From assembly GCF_028368995.1 (NCBI RefSeq), contig NZ_JAQNDL010000003.1:1088001-1152000 (forward strand): a stretch of 64,000 nt of DNA, given 5' to 3'. The notes below the pieces were generated by a model. It ran no database searches and was not told where the DNA came from. It was given only the letters and a program-made list of their open reading frames with translations. Below are positions 8,807-18,611 of this stretch, piece by piece. The first letter of the stretch is position 1, and the number at the start of each line of letters is the position of its first letter. The translations under genes and the position numbers were made by a program. The DNA is from Nannocystis bainbridge (lineage in GTDB: Bacteria; Myxococcota_A; Polyangia; Nannocystales; Nannocystaceae).

Positions 8807-10512
8807 GCGAACTCCGCCTTGGAGGGGACGAGGGTGATGACGACCTCGCTGGCCGCGTTGAGGCTGACGAGCGAGCCGAACAGCGCGTTGAGCACCCCGC
8901 CGAACACGAACGCGTTGCCGGCCGAGGGGAAGCCCGACTCGTCGAGCTCGATGCGGGTGCGCACCGCCCGGATCGGGATGCCGTAGACCAGCCGCGTCAC
9001 CGTCTCGCGCTGCAGCCGGCGCACCGACTCGATCTGGCGCTCGTTGCCGCGGCCGATCTGCACGTTGCCGAGGCCCTGGAGGTTGTAGAGCCCGAGCAAC
9101 GCGCGCAGCGCCTCGACCTCGACCAGGCCGCGCTGGCCGATCGCCAGATGCGACAGCATGCGCCACAGCGCCTCGGACCCGAGCGGCACGCGGATCGGCG
9201 CCGTCACCTGGGTGATGTTCTCGTAGCCGCGGAACATCGCGCCCGGGGTGGTCTCGGTGATCTGGCCCGGCTGCAGCTCGCGCGGCAGGCCGCGGTTGGT
9301 GCACACCAGCTCGATCGACACCGACTCTTCTTGCGTCGGCGCCGAGCCGGCCGGCTCGTCGAGCGTGATGTACGTGTCGACCCCGTCGTCGATCGCCTCG
9401 ACCCGGCGCAGCGAGTAGTGCGGCGTCGACCGGGCCGCGCCCGCGTGGGTGAAGCGGTAGAACGGCAGGAACTGGCGCCGGGTGTTGGTCGCGCGCCCGA
9501 CCCCGGTCACGCCGCGGACCTCGTAGACCTCCATGTGCCGCGGGTCGACCCCGTCGGCGCGCAGCAGGTGCTCGCGCTCGAGCGGCGAGTACTGCACCGG
9601 CTCGGCCGCGACCTCGAACAGGTTGACCGCGGGCGTGCAGTGGAGGCGGAACGTGTCCTTGCCGACCTGGGTCGGCAGCGGCGGCGGGCGCTCGAACTCG
9701 AGGCGCAGCGTCAGCTCGTTGGTGGTCAGCTTGACCTTGTCGAGGCCGAGCAGATCGAAGAAGTGGTACTTCTCCGGCAGCGTGAAGTACTCGAGGATCG
9801 CGCGGTAGCCGGTCGGCGCCGTGTCGGGCCACGGGAACACCGCCGTGTCGCGCGACAGCCCGACCAGCTCGATCGCCTTGGCCCCGAGCTGGACCGTCCC
9901 GCCCTCGCCCTCGCCGGTCTTGGCGCTCGCGCCGGTGAAGTGGCGCGACAGCCACATCATCAGCGTCGCCGGCAGCGACGGCTCGCGGTGGTGGAGGAAG
10001 AACCGCAGCCGCTCGCACTCGGCCAGCACGCCCTTGCCGGTCTCCGACAGCCGCAGGGTGATCTTGATCGCCGGGCGGGCCGCCACCGAGTCGTCGAGCG
10101 TCGCGTCGACCACCTCGACCGGCGCGAGGTCGACGTCCCAGCACGTGCGGAACTTGCAGGCTGTCCCTTCGACCAGGCGCGACTGCAGCACCCGGCCCTT
10201 CGCCACCTTGTGGCGGTTCCGCAGCGCCCGCATGTTGGGCTGGAACTCGACGATCGTGGCCGCCGGCAGCGGCCGCAGGTAGTGCGGCAGCAGCAGCTCG
10301 GCCAGCCCGTGGACGATGCTCGGCGCCACCGCGTCCATGCGCGCGCGGATGCCGGCGGCCTGGAACGCGAACGCCTCGATCAGCCGCTCGACGTCGGGGT
10401 CGCTGCTGCGCTCCTTGAGCAGGCCGGCGGTGGCGGGGTTGGCCTCCGCGAACGCGCGCGCCATCTCGGTGATGAACGCGAGCTCGCTCTTGTAGTAGTG
10501 CGAAAAGCTCAT
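8782..10512 (-). CDS. tssF: Type VI secretion baseplate subunit TssF
   Basis: Motifs YYKSELAF, DPDVERLIEAFAF, PHYLRPLP, EYFTLPEKYHF, LHCTPAVNLF and CTNRGLP. Confidence 0.95.
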   Translation of the reverse strand: MSFSHYYKSELAFITEMARAFAEANPATAGLLKERSSDPDVERLIEAFAFQAAGIRARMDAVAPSIVHGLAELLLPHYLRPLPAATIVEFQPNMRALRNRHKVAKGRVLQSRLVEGTACKFRTCWDVDLAPVEVVDATLDDSVAARPAIKITLRLSETGKGVLAECERLRFFLHHREPSLPATLMMWLSRHFTGASAKTGEGEGGTVQLGAKAIELVGLSRDTAVFPWPDTAPTGYRAILEYFTLPEKYHFFDLLGLDKVKLTTNELTLRLEFERPPPLPTQVGKDTFRLHCTPAVNLFEVAAEPVQYSPLEREHLLRADGVDPRHMEVYEVRGVTGVGRATNTRRQFLPFYRFTHAGAARSTPHYSLRRVEAIDDGVDTYITLDEPAGSAPTQEESVSIELVCTNRGLPRELQPGQITETTPGAMFRGYENITQVTAPIRVPLGSEALWRMLSHLAIGQRGLVEVEALRALLGLYNLQGLGNVQIGRGNERQIESVRRLQRETVTRLVYGIPIRAVRTRIELDESGFPSAGNAFVFGGVLNALFGSLVSLNAASEVVITLVPSKAEFAWPVQIGL

Positions 10513-10519
10513 CGCTGCC

Positions 10520-10939
10520 TCACCGCCCCGAGACCTGGATCTTGCCGGTCGAAGTCATCTCGGTGCGCACGCGGAACACCCCGCGCTGAGCCCCGCTGGC
10601 CAGCCGCGCCGACACCTCGAACGCGATCATCAGCGTGTCGCCGCTCGGGACCGGGTGGACCGAGACGTTGCGCAGGCGCGGCTCGTACTTGAGGATCGTG
10701 GCGCGGATGCTCTGCTGCAGCACCTGCGTCGCCTCGGGAAAATTGTGGACGACGTCGGCGAAGTCGACGATGCCGAAGTCCGACGCCGACAGCGACTCGC
10801 CGGAGCGCGTGTTGAGCAGCTCCTGCAGGTGCGTCACGATCGACTCGAGCTCGCCGATCCGCTGCCCGCCCGTCGACAGTCGCGCCAACAACCCCCGGCG
10901 CGGCGCTTTCGGGCCCGACCCCTGGCTCGTGGAATTCAT
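10520..10939 (-). CDS. tssE: Type VI secretion baseplate subunit TssE (gp25-like)
   Basis: Motifs LQELLNTR, DFGIVD and ILKYEPRL, directly upstream of tssF. Confidence 0.9.
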   Translation of the reverse strand: MNSTSQGSGPKAPRRGLLARLSTGGQRIGELESIVTHLQELLNTRSGESLSASDFGIVDFADVVHNFPEATQVLQQSIRATILKYEPRLRNVSVHPVPSGDTLMIAFEVSARLASGAQRGVFRVRTEMTSTGKIQVSGR

Positions 10940-11100
10940 CGGCCTGCTCGATCCCCCCGTCGGTGCGCGCGACGCCGCGCCTCCCGGCCCGGCGGACTGC
11001 GACGATAGCAGGCGGGCGGGGCCGCGGACCAGACGGCTCCGCCTCGCGCCCCCGCGCGCACGCGCGCATGCGAGCGCGCGGCGGACGCCCGCCCACATCA

Positions 11101-11118
11101 CATGACCAATCGGACAGG
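11101..11118. repeat. CATG-N10-CATG family site upstream of tssE
   Basis: CATGACCAATCGGACAGG, near-identical to the site at 51581. Confidence 0.6.
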
Positions 11119-11409
11119 TTCTGAAATTTGGCCGGAGGCCGCGGCCCGACGCCATGACTCTGGCGAACGAAGCGGAGCGCGGGCCCGCCCCGATCTGCCT
11201 CCGCGCCTCCTCGCGGCGTCGACGCGGAGGCGGCGGCGCGCCTCGCCGGGGCGCCTCGCGGATCTCCTCGCACACGCGGCTCCGCGCCTCGCCCCCGCGC
11301 CGGACCGGCCCCGGCGCCGCGATCTCGGCGCCGTCGGTCCGCGCTCCGCCGCGACGCGCTCGCTCGCGGCGCCGCCAAAGGCGATCGGCCGGGCCGGTCC
11401 ACCCACCAC

Positions 11410-11430
11410 CCTGTCCCGAAGGACATGTCC
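11410..11430. repeat. CATG-N10-CATG family palindrome
   Basis: CCTGTCCCGAAGGACATGTCC. Confidence 0.7.
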
Positions 11431-11480
11431 GAACGCTCACTCCGTCCGGACATCCAGCCCTCCACCGGCTCGCTACGCGC

Positions 11481-11888
11481 TCACGTCGGGTCCCTGGCGA
11501 ACGCCGTGACCTCTGCCGGCAACTGCACCCACGCGTGGCGGCGGCAGTCGTAGACCGAGTCCTGCGGCGGCGGGAAGCTCGGGTCGGCGAACGCCCCGAC
11601 CGCCACCAGCACCGGCGCGCCCTCGTCGCCCTCCTCCGTGTGGAACACCGACGACCCGCACACCGGGCAGAACCGGAACCTGAAGCTCGCCCCGCGATCG
11701 CCGGTCCGCACGTACTCGCTCGCCGCGCCGGTCACCGCGTACGGCCCCGCGAACGCCGCCAGGGCCGCGAACACGCTGCCCGTGCGCTGCTGGCAGGCGA
11801 GGCAGTGACACACCCCGACCCCGAGCGGCTCACCGTGGACTTCGATGCGCAGCTGGCCGCAGCAACAGGACGCCGTTCGCGAACGCAT
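11481..11888 (-). CDS. GFA/CENP-V family protein
   Basis: Zinc-binding motifs CxCG, CHCxxCQ and FCPxCGS. Confidence 0.9.
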   Translation of the reverse strand: MRSRTASCCCGQLRIEVHGEPLGVGVCHCLACQQRTGSVFAALAAFAGPYAVTGAASEYVRTGDRGASFRFRFCPVCGSSVFHTEEGDEGAPVLVAVGAFADPSFPPPQDSVYDCRRHAWVQLPAEVTAFARDPT

Positions 11889-11953
11889 GGTGGTTCTCCT
11901 CGGCGAGCGTAACCCACGCCGGCCCGGCGGGGCAACCACCGGGGCTCCGAGGA

Positions 11954-11999
11954 CATGTCTCCATGAACATGCTCCAAAGCACATGCTCCAAAAGCCATG
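11954..11999. repeat. Four-unit 14-bp CATG array
   Basis: CATG at 11954, 11968, 11982 and 11996. Confidence 0.8.
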
Positions 12000-12305
12000 C
12001 CGTCATCGATCCTGCCTCCTCGCTATGATCGCCAATGGTGGGACCATCGATCGACTCGCATCGACCTCCCGGCTGCGCAATGATGGCAACCGGCGCAACG
12101 CCTCGGCCGGACTCGCGCCGAGCGCGAGCTGGGTCGCCGGATCGGGGTTCTCTCGCTCGGGCGAGTCCGCCGCCGCTCGCCGGTATCGCGCACTCGACAT
12201 TGCCGGCGCCCCGGTGCCCGCTCCCCGATTCAGGACTTCCGACGCGCCCACGACAAAGCACCCCGCGCTGGAGTACCGTGGCCTGGCTCGTCCGAGCCGA
12301 CTCGC

Positions 12306-13235
12306 ATGGCAGGCACCACGCTCTTCACCCTCCTCGACGACCTGGCCGCGCTGCTCGACGACGTCGCCGTCCTTACGAAAGTGGCGACCAAGAAGACCGC
12401 CGGGGTGCTCGGCGACGACCTGGCCCTCAACGCCGAGCAGGTGGCGGGCGTCATCCCGGAGCGCGAGCTGCCGGTCGTGTGGGCGGTGGCCAAGGGTTCC
12501 ACCGTCAACAAGGTGATCCTCGTGCCGTGCGCCCTGCTGATCAGCGCCGTGGCGAGCTGGGCGATCACCCCGCTGCTGATGCTGGGCGGCGCCTTCCTGT
12601 GCTACGAGGGCTGCGAGAAGCTGGCCCACCGCTGGCTCGCGCCGGCCGACGACGCGCGCCGCGAGGCCGCGCTGGTCCAGGCGATCGCCGACCCCGCCGT
12701 CGACATGGTCGCCTTCGAGCGGGACAAGATCCGCGGGGCCGTGCGCACCGACTTCATCCTCTCGGCCGAGGTCATCGTGATCTCGCTCGGCGCGGTCGCC
12801 TCGGCGCCGTTCCCCACCCGCGTGCTGACGCTCGTGACGGTCGCCCTGCTGATGACCATCGGCGTCTACGGCCTGGTCGCGGGCATCGTCAAGCTCGACG
12901 ACCTCGGCCTGCACCTCAGCAAGCGCACCGGTGTGACGCGACGGATCGGCGAGCTGATCTTGCGCGGCGCGCCCTACCTGATGAAGGGCCTGTCGATCGC
13001 CGGCACCGTCGCCATGTTCCTGGTCGGCGGCGGCATCCTCGTGCACGGGATCCCCGGCGCCGAGGCGCTCGGCCAGCGGCTCGCCGCCGTCGCCATCCCG
13101 GGCGCCAGCTTCATCCTGCCCAGCCTGTACAGCGGCCTCGTCGGCCTGCTCGTCGGCGCGCTCCTGCTCGCCGTCGTCACCGGCGTCCAGCGGCTCGTCC
13201 GCGGCTCGCGCGAGGCCACCGGCGGGTCCGCCTGA
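12306..13235 (+). CDS. yedI: DUF808 (YedI-like) inner membrane protein
   Basis: Motifs LLDDLAALLDD, KKTAGVLGDDLALNAEQV, RELPVVWAVAKGS and RTDFILSAEV. Confidence 0.9.
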   Translation: MAGTTLFTLLDDLAALLDDVAVLTKVATKKTAGVLGDDLALNAEQVAGVIPERELPVVWAVAKGSTVNKVILVPCALLISAVASWAITPLLMLGGAFLCYEGCEKLAHRWLAPADDARREAALVQAIADPAVDMVAFERDKIRGAVRTDFILSAEVIVISLGAVASAPFPTRVLTLVTVALLMTIGVYGLVAGIVKLDDLGLHLSKRTGVTRRIGELILRGAPYLMKGLSIAGTVAMFLVGGGILVHGIPGAEALGQRLAAVAIPGASFILPSLYSGLVGLLVGALLLAVVTGVQRLVRGSREATGGSA

Positions 13236-13498
13236 GCTGCAGATCCGCGCGCCGCGCCTCACCGTTCGCGGCGGCGGAGCCGCTTGGGACAGCGTCGCAG
13301 CCTCGGCGACCGTGACGGGTCACGCTGCGGCCGGCCCGGCTCGGCGGCTGCGATTGGGCACAGCGTCTCCAACGATTCGCAATCGTAGCACTCGCCCTCG
13401 CCGCATATCTCGACACCGGGCGCCGCTCGGCGAACCGCTCATTCTCGGCGGGCATCGGCGAGCGCCCACCCATGCAGCGCCGGACCCGCGCCCGGCGT

Positions 13499-13834
13499 TC
13501 ACGGCGACGGCGGCGGCTGGTTCTTGAGCGCCTCGATCCGCTGCTTCTCGGCCGCCTCCATGTCCTGCACTTCCTGGCTCTTGGGCCGCGGGGTCGACTT
13601 CATCCACGTCTTGCCCCGGTCATCCAGCTTCGTGTCGTAGCCCATGTTCCTGCAGCGCAGGGCCCCGGCCTCGTTGTTCTCCTCGAAGAACGTCGAGGGC
13701 GCGGGGCAGGCGTTCTTCTTGATCTCGACGCCGCAGGTCGACCCACCGTCCGGAAACTGGTGGATGCAGGTGCCGTCGGGGTTGCAGGCGGCGAGAACGG
13801 GGACCAGGAACAGGGCGAGGACGTACCGTGACAT
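13499..13834 (-). CDS. Small hypothetical lipoprotein
   Basis: MSRYVLALFLVPVLAAC lipobox plus four further Cys. Confidence 0.75.
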   Translation of the reverse strand: MSRYVLALFLVPVLAACNPDGTCIHQFPDGGSTCGVEIKKNACPAPSTFFEENNEAGALRCRNMGYDTKLDDRGKTWMKSTPRPKSQEVQDMEAAEKQRIEALKNQPPPSP

Positions 13835-14744
13835 GGAGCTGGACGGTACGAGGGACCTTCGTGGCGCGTCAAGCGGCAGCCCCCCCTGGGCCCACGCGCA
13901 CGGCCGCCTGAAGCGACGATGGCGATAAAGACAGCGGCGGCGAATCACCGCGTCGGCTCAGCGTTCTCGGGGGTGGCGAGCCCCGAGCGCCCGATTGGCG
14001 CGCGCAGCCGGAGACGGGCGTGGCCCACTGCGGCATCGTCCCCGCGAGTCCGTCGAGCTGCGCGAGGGCGTCGCGCATTGCCGGGACCTCCGCGGTGACT
14101 CTCTCCCTGTGGGTGACCCGAGGCGCCGAAGCTCGCGGCGCATGAATGTCGGAGATCGGGAGCCCGAAGTCAGAGACATCAGCGAGCGCGCACGATGTCT
14201 GTCTCGATCTCGCCTGACGCACGCCGCCGCGAAGATCATCGCGACCGCGGCCGATGATGACTCGCCGTCGCCATGCACGGTGGCAGCCCATCGTGTCGGG
14301 CGTGCCAGGGACCTGCCGCGATCGACAGGTCCCTCGCACGAGGGCCGCGGCGGTCGCGTCCGCCGGCTCTCCGCATCGGCGCCGCGGACCGGCGACGGCG
14401 GGCTCATCCTCGACGACCTCGGGCCGTAACCACCCTCATGCAGAGCCCGGCGGAGCATCGCGCATGGCGACCTGATCATCCGCGGACCCGGGTTGACATT
14501 GTGGACGTCCGGCTATCACCTCATTCGCGGTCCGATGACTCGTCACGCGCCAAGCGTGGTGGCGAAAATTGCGCCACGACCCCCAAATCCTTCGTATCGA
14601 GCCACCGCCGCCGCCTCGCCGCCCCGAGCACGACTTGCCCGGTGATTCTCCGCAAGTGCTGTCCTGCGCGGCGCGGCGGGACGCCGACCTGCACGGGCGC
14701 GGGTGCTTCTCAGTCCGACCTCGGTGGGGTAATGGACATCCACC

Positions 14745-17700
14745 ATGGCGCTCGACTCGGATGCTCTCCCCAGCCGCTCGGGTCGGCTGCACGTGCTCGC
14801 CGGTGGCGGCGAGATGGGCGCCCGCATGCGGGAGATCGACTGGGCGGCCACGCCGCTCGGCCCCGTCGACGCCTGGCCGCAGAGCCTCAAGACCTGCGTC
14901 CGCATCATCCTGACCTCGCTCCAGCCGATGTTCGTCTGGTGGGGCGACGACCTCATCAATCTTTACAACGACGCCTACAAGTCGATCGTCGGCGGCAAGC
15001 ACCCGGAGGCGCTCGGCCAGCCCGCCTCCGTCGTGTGGCGCGAGATCTGGGATCAGGTCGGCCCGCGCGCCGCCTCGGCGATGCGCCTCAACGAGGGCAC
15101 CTACGACGAGGCCCTGCTGCTGATCATGGAGCGTTACGGCTACCCGGAGGAGACGTACTACACGTTCTCCTACAGCCCGGTGCCGAACGATCAGGGCGGG
15201 ACCGGCGGCATCATCTGCGCCAACACCGACGACACCCAGCGGATCCTCGGCGAGCGCCAGCTCGCGCTGCTGCGCGAGCTCGCGGCCCGCACCGCCGACG
15301 CACGCACCTGGGCGGAGGTATGCGCTCGCGGAGCGGCGTCGCTGCAGACCAACCCCAAGGACCTGCCGTTCGCGCTGATCTACATCGCCGACGCCGACCG
15401 GCGCCGCGTGCAGCTCGCGGGGGCCGCCGGGCTCCCGCCTGGCCACGCCGGCGCGCCCGAGTTCGTGTCGACGCTCGAGGACTCCGTGTGGCCGTTCGCC
15501 GAGGCGCTACAGGGCCACGAGCGCGTGGTCGAGCTGCCACCTGTCCTCAAGGACATCCCGTCCGGCGCCTGGCCGCGGCCGCCGACGCACGCCGTCGCGC
15601 TGCCGATCTCCCCGTCGGGCGAGACCGGCCGCGCCGGGGTCCTGATCGTCGGGCTCAACCCGTTCCGTCAGCTCGACGACAACTACCGCGGCTTCTTGCA
15701 GCTGGCCGCCGGGCAGCTCGCGGCCAGCATCGCCAACGCGCTGGCGTACGAGGAGGAGCGGCGGCGGGCCGAGGCGCTCGCCGAGCTCGATCGCGCCAAG
15801 ACCATCTTCTTCAGCAACGTCAGCCACGAGTTTCGCACCCCGCTGACGCTGATGCTCGGCCCGCTCGAGGACGCGCTGTCCTCGGCGCAGCGCCGGCTCG
15901 TGGGCGCCGATCTCGACACCGCGTACCGCAACGCCGTCCGCCTGCTCAAGCTCGTCAACGTGCTGCTCGACTTCTCGCGCATCGAGGCCGGCCGGATCCA
16001 GGCCTCGTACGAGCCGACCGACCTGGCGGCGCTGACCACCGACCTGGCGAGCGCGTTCCGCTCGGCCATCGAGCGCGCCGGGCTCGTCTTCACCGTCGAT
16101 TGCCCGCCGCTGCCCGAGCCGATCCACGTCGACCACGACATGTGGGAGAAGATCGTGCTCAACCTGCTCTCGAACGCGCTCAAGTTCACGTTCGAGGGCA
16201 CGATCGCGGTCGCGCTGCGCCTGCACGGCGACCAGCTCGAGCTGGCCGTGAGCGACACCGGCACCGGCATCCCCGAGCACGAGCTGCCGCACCTGTTCCG
16301 GCGCTTTCATCAGGTCCAGGGCGCGCGCTCGCGGACGCACGAGGGCTCGGGCATCGGGCTCGCGCTGGTCCACGAGCTCGTGCGCCTGCACGGCGGGACG
16401 CTCCACGTCACCAGCGAGGTCGGCGTCGGCACCACGTTCACGGTCGCGATCCCTCGCGGCCACGCGCACCTGCCCGCCGATCGGCTGGGCGCCCGCCGCA
16501 CCCAGGTCTCGTCGGCGACCGGCGCGGCGCCCTACGTGCAGGAGGCGCTGCGCTGGCTGGCCGGCCCGCAGCAAGACGACGACCTCGGCGAGGACGCGCT
16601 CGGCCCGGCCTCCGATCCGGGGCTCGACGCCGGACCGCCGGCGCGCATCCTCCTCGCCGACGACAACGCCGACATGCGCGACTACGTCGGCCGCGTGCTG
16701 CAGCAGCGGTGGATCGTCGAAGCCGTGCCCGACGGCGCCGTCGCGCTCGCGACGGCCCTCGATCGCCCGCCCGACCTCGTCTTGACCGACGTCATGATGC
16801 CGAACCTCGACGGCTTCGGCCTGCTCCACGCGCTGCGCGAGGACCCGCGCACGCGGCGGATCCCGGTGCTGATGCTGTCGGCGCGCGCCGGCGAGGAGTC
16901 GCGCATCGAGGGCCTCGAGGCCGGCGCCGACGACTACCTCGTCAAGCCGTTCTCCGCCCGCGAGTTGGTCGCCCGCGTCGCCACCCACCTGCAGATCGCC
17001 CGCCTGCGCGCCGTCGCCGAGCACGAGCGCGCCAAGCTGTACGACCTGTTCATGCAGGCGCCCGTGCCGATCGCCGTGTTCGTCGGTCCGGAGCACCGCT
17101 ACGAGGTCGCCAACCCGCCGATCTGCGAGATGCTCGGGCGCCCGGAGCTGGTCGGCAAGACCATGCGCGAGGCGTTCCCGGAGATCGGCGAGCACGCCGT
17201 GATCGCCTCGCTCGACGCCGTGCTGGCGACCGGAGAGCCGGTCCACGTGTTCGAGCTCAACATCCCGCTCCTGCGCCACGGCGCGATCCGGGACGCTTAC
17301 TTCAACTACGTCGCCCAGCCGATCCGCGACCCCAGCGGCGCGGTCACCGGCGCCATGGTCGTCGCCTTCGAGGTCACCGAGCAGGTGCTCGCGCGCCACC
17401 GCGTCGAGCGGCTGTCCGAGGAGCTGGCCCTCTCCAACAAGGAGCTCGACCAGTACGCCTACGTCGCCTCGCACGACCTCAAGGCGCCGCTGCGGGGGAT
17501 CGCCAGCCTGTCGCAGTGGATCGAGGAGGCGCTCGGCGACAAGCTCGACGAGGAGTCGCAGACGCACATGCACCTGCTGCGTCGGCGCGTGTTCCGCCTC
17601 GAGACACTGATCGACGGGATCCTCCACTATTCGCGCGCCGGCCGGGTCCGCGTCGACGCGACCACCGTCGACACCGGCCAGCTGCTCGCCGAGGTGGTCG

Positions 17701-18104
17701 AGCTGCTGTCCCCGCCGCCCTCCGCGCGGATCTCGATCGCCCCGGGCATGCCGACGCTGACCACCGAGCGCATCCCGCTCCAGCAGGTGTTCCAGAACCT
17801 GATCGGCAACGCCCTGAAGCACGCGCACCGCGACGACATCCAGATCGCCGTCACCGGCCGCGACGCCGGCCAGCTCTACGAATTCTCGATCCGCGACGAC
17901 GGGCCGGGGATCGCGCCGGAGTTCCACGAGCGGATCTGGGGCCTGTTCCAGACCCTCGAGTCGCGCGACAAATTCGAGGGCGCCGGGATCGGGCTGTCGG
18001 TCGTCAAGAAGATCGTCGAGAGCCGCGGAGGCAGCGTCGCCCTCGAGTCGCGACCCGGCGCGGGCGCGACGTTCCTCGTGCGCTGGCCCAAGCGCTCCGG
18101 CTGA
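14745..18104 (+). CDS. Hybrid sensor histidine kinase (PAS-like/GAF-HisKA-HATPase-REC-PAS-HisKA-HATPase)
   Basis: Two H-boxes (SHEFRTPL, SHDLKAPL), two N/G-box sets and a receiver (LADDN...TDVMMP...KPF). Confidence 0.95.
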   Translation: MALDSDALPSRSGRLHVLAGGGEMGARMREIDWAATPLGPVDAWPQSLKTCVRIILTSLQPMFVWWGDDLINLYNDAYKSIVGGKHPEALGQPASVVWREIWDQVGPRAASAMRLNEGTYDEALLLIMERYGYPEETYYTFSYSPVPNDQGGTGGIICANTDDTQRILGERQLALLRELAARTADARTWAEVCARGAASLQTNPKDLPFALIYIADADRRRVQLAGAAGLPPGHAGAPEFVSTLEDSVWPFAEALQGHERVVELPPVLKDIPSGAWPRPPTHAVALPISPSGETGRAGVLIVGLNPFRQLDDNYRGFLQLAAGQLAASIANALAYEEERRRAEALAELDRAKTIFFSNVSHEFRTPLTLMLGPLEDALSSAQRRLVGADLDTAYRNAVRLLKLVNVLLDFSRIEAGRIQASYEPTDLAALTTDLASAFRSAIERAGLVFTVDCPPLPEPIHVDHDMWEKIVLNLLSNALKFTFEGTIAVALRLHGDQLELAVSDTGTGIPEHELPHLFRRFHQVQGARSRTHEGSGIGLALVHELVRLHGGTLHVTSEVGVGTTFTVAIPRGHAHLPADRLGARRTQVSSATGAAPYVQEALRWLAGPQQDDDLGEDALGPASDPGLDAGPPARILLADDNADMRDYVGRVLQQRWIVEAVPDGAVALATALDRPPDLVLTDVMMPNLDGFGLLHALREDPRTRRIPVLMLSARAGEESRIEGLEAGADDYLVKPFSARELVARVATHLQIARLRAVAEHERAKLYDLFMQAPVPIAVFVGPEHRYEVANPPICEMLGRPELVGKTMREAFPEIGEHAVIASLDAVLATGEPVHVFELNIPLLRHGAIRDAYFNYVAQPIRDPSGAVTGAMVVAFEVTEQVLARHRVERLSEELALSNKELDQYAYVASHDLKAPLRGIASLSQWIEEALGDKLDEESQTHMHLLRRRVFRLETLIDGILHYSRAGRVRVDATTVDTGQLLAEVVELLSPPPSARISIAPGMPTLTTERIPLQQVFQNLIGNALKHAHRDDIQIAVTGRDAGQLYEFSIRDDGPGIAPEFHERIWGLFQTLESRDKFEGAGIGLSVVKKIVESRGGSVALESRPGAGATFLVRWPKRSG

Positions 18105-18197
18105 GGGCGAGCCGGCGCAGCTTGATTTCTTGGCCCGACGCACCGAAGCTGAAACACCCTCCATCCTCCCGGCGACCGGCACGACAACGAGCCCACG

Positions 18198-18611
18198 ATG
18201 GACAACCGCGAGCTACACATCCTCCTGGTCGATGACGACGAGGTCGACGTCCTGACCATCAAGCGCGCCTTCCAGCGCAACCGGCTGACCAACCCGATCC
18301 ACGTCGCCCACAACGGGCTCGAGGCGCTCGAGCGCCTGCGCGACGGCTCGCTGGGGCCGCGCCGGCTGGTGCTGCTCGACATCAACATGCCGAAGATGAA
18401 CGGCATCGAGTTCCTGCGGGCCGTGCGCGCCGACCCGGCGCTGCAGGCCACCTCGGTCGTCGTGCTGACGACCTCGAACGAGGAGCGCGACCGCGTCGAC
18501 GCGTTCAAGCTCAACGTCGCCGGCTACCTGCTCAAGCCGGTCAGCTTCGGCAACTTCATCGACCTGATGGCGACGCTCAACAAGTACTGGACCCTGGTCG
18601 AGATGCCGTGA
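18198..18611 (+). CDS. Single-domain response regulator (Rcp1-like)
   Basis: LLVDDD, LLDINMPKMNG, LTTS and YLLKP. Confidence 0.95.
   Translation: MDNRELHILLVDDDEVDVLTIKRAFQRNRLTNPIHVAHNGLEALERLRDGSLGPRRLVLLDINMPKMNGIEFLRAVRADPALQATSVVVLTTSNEERDRVDAFKLNVAGYLLKPVSFGNFIDLMATLNKYWTLVEMP

Noticed and set aside
13840-14740. 900-bp gap with short protein-like stretches
   Set aside because: Possibly gene debris or a regulatory region, but no family motif or RNA structure could be supported.
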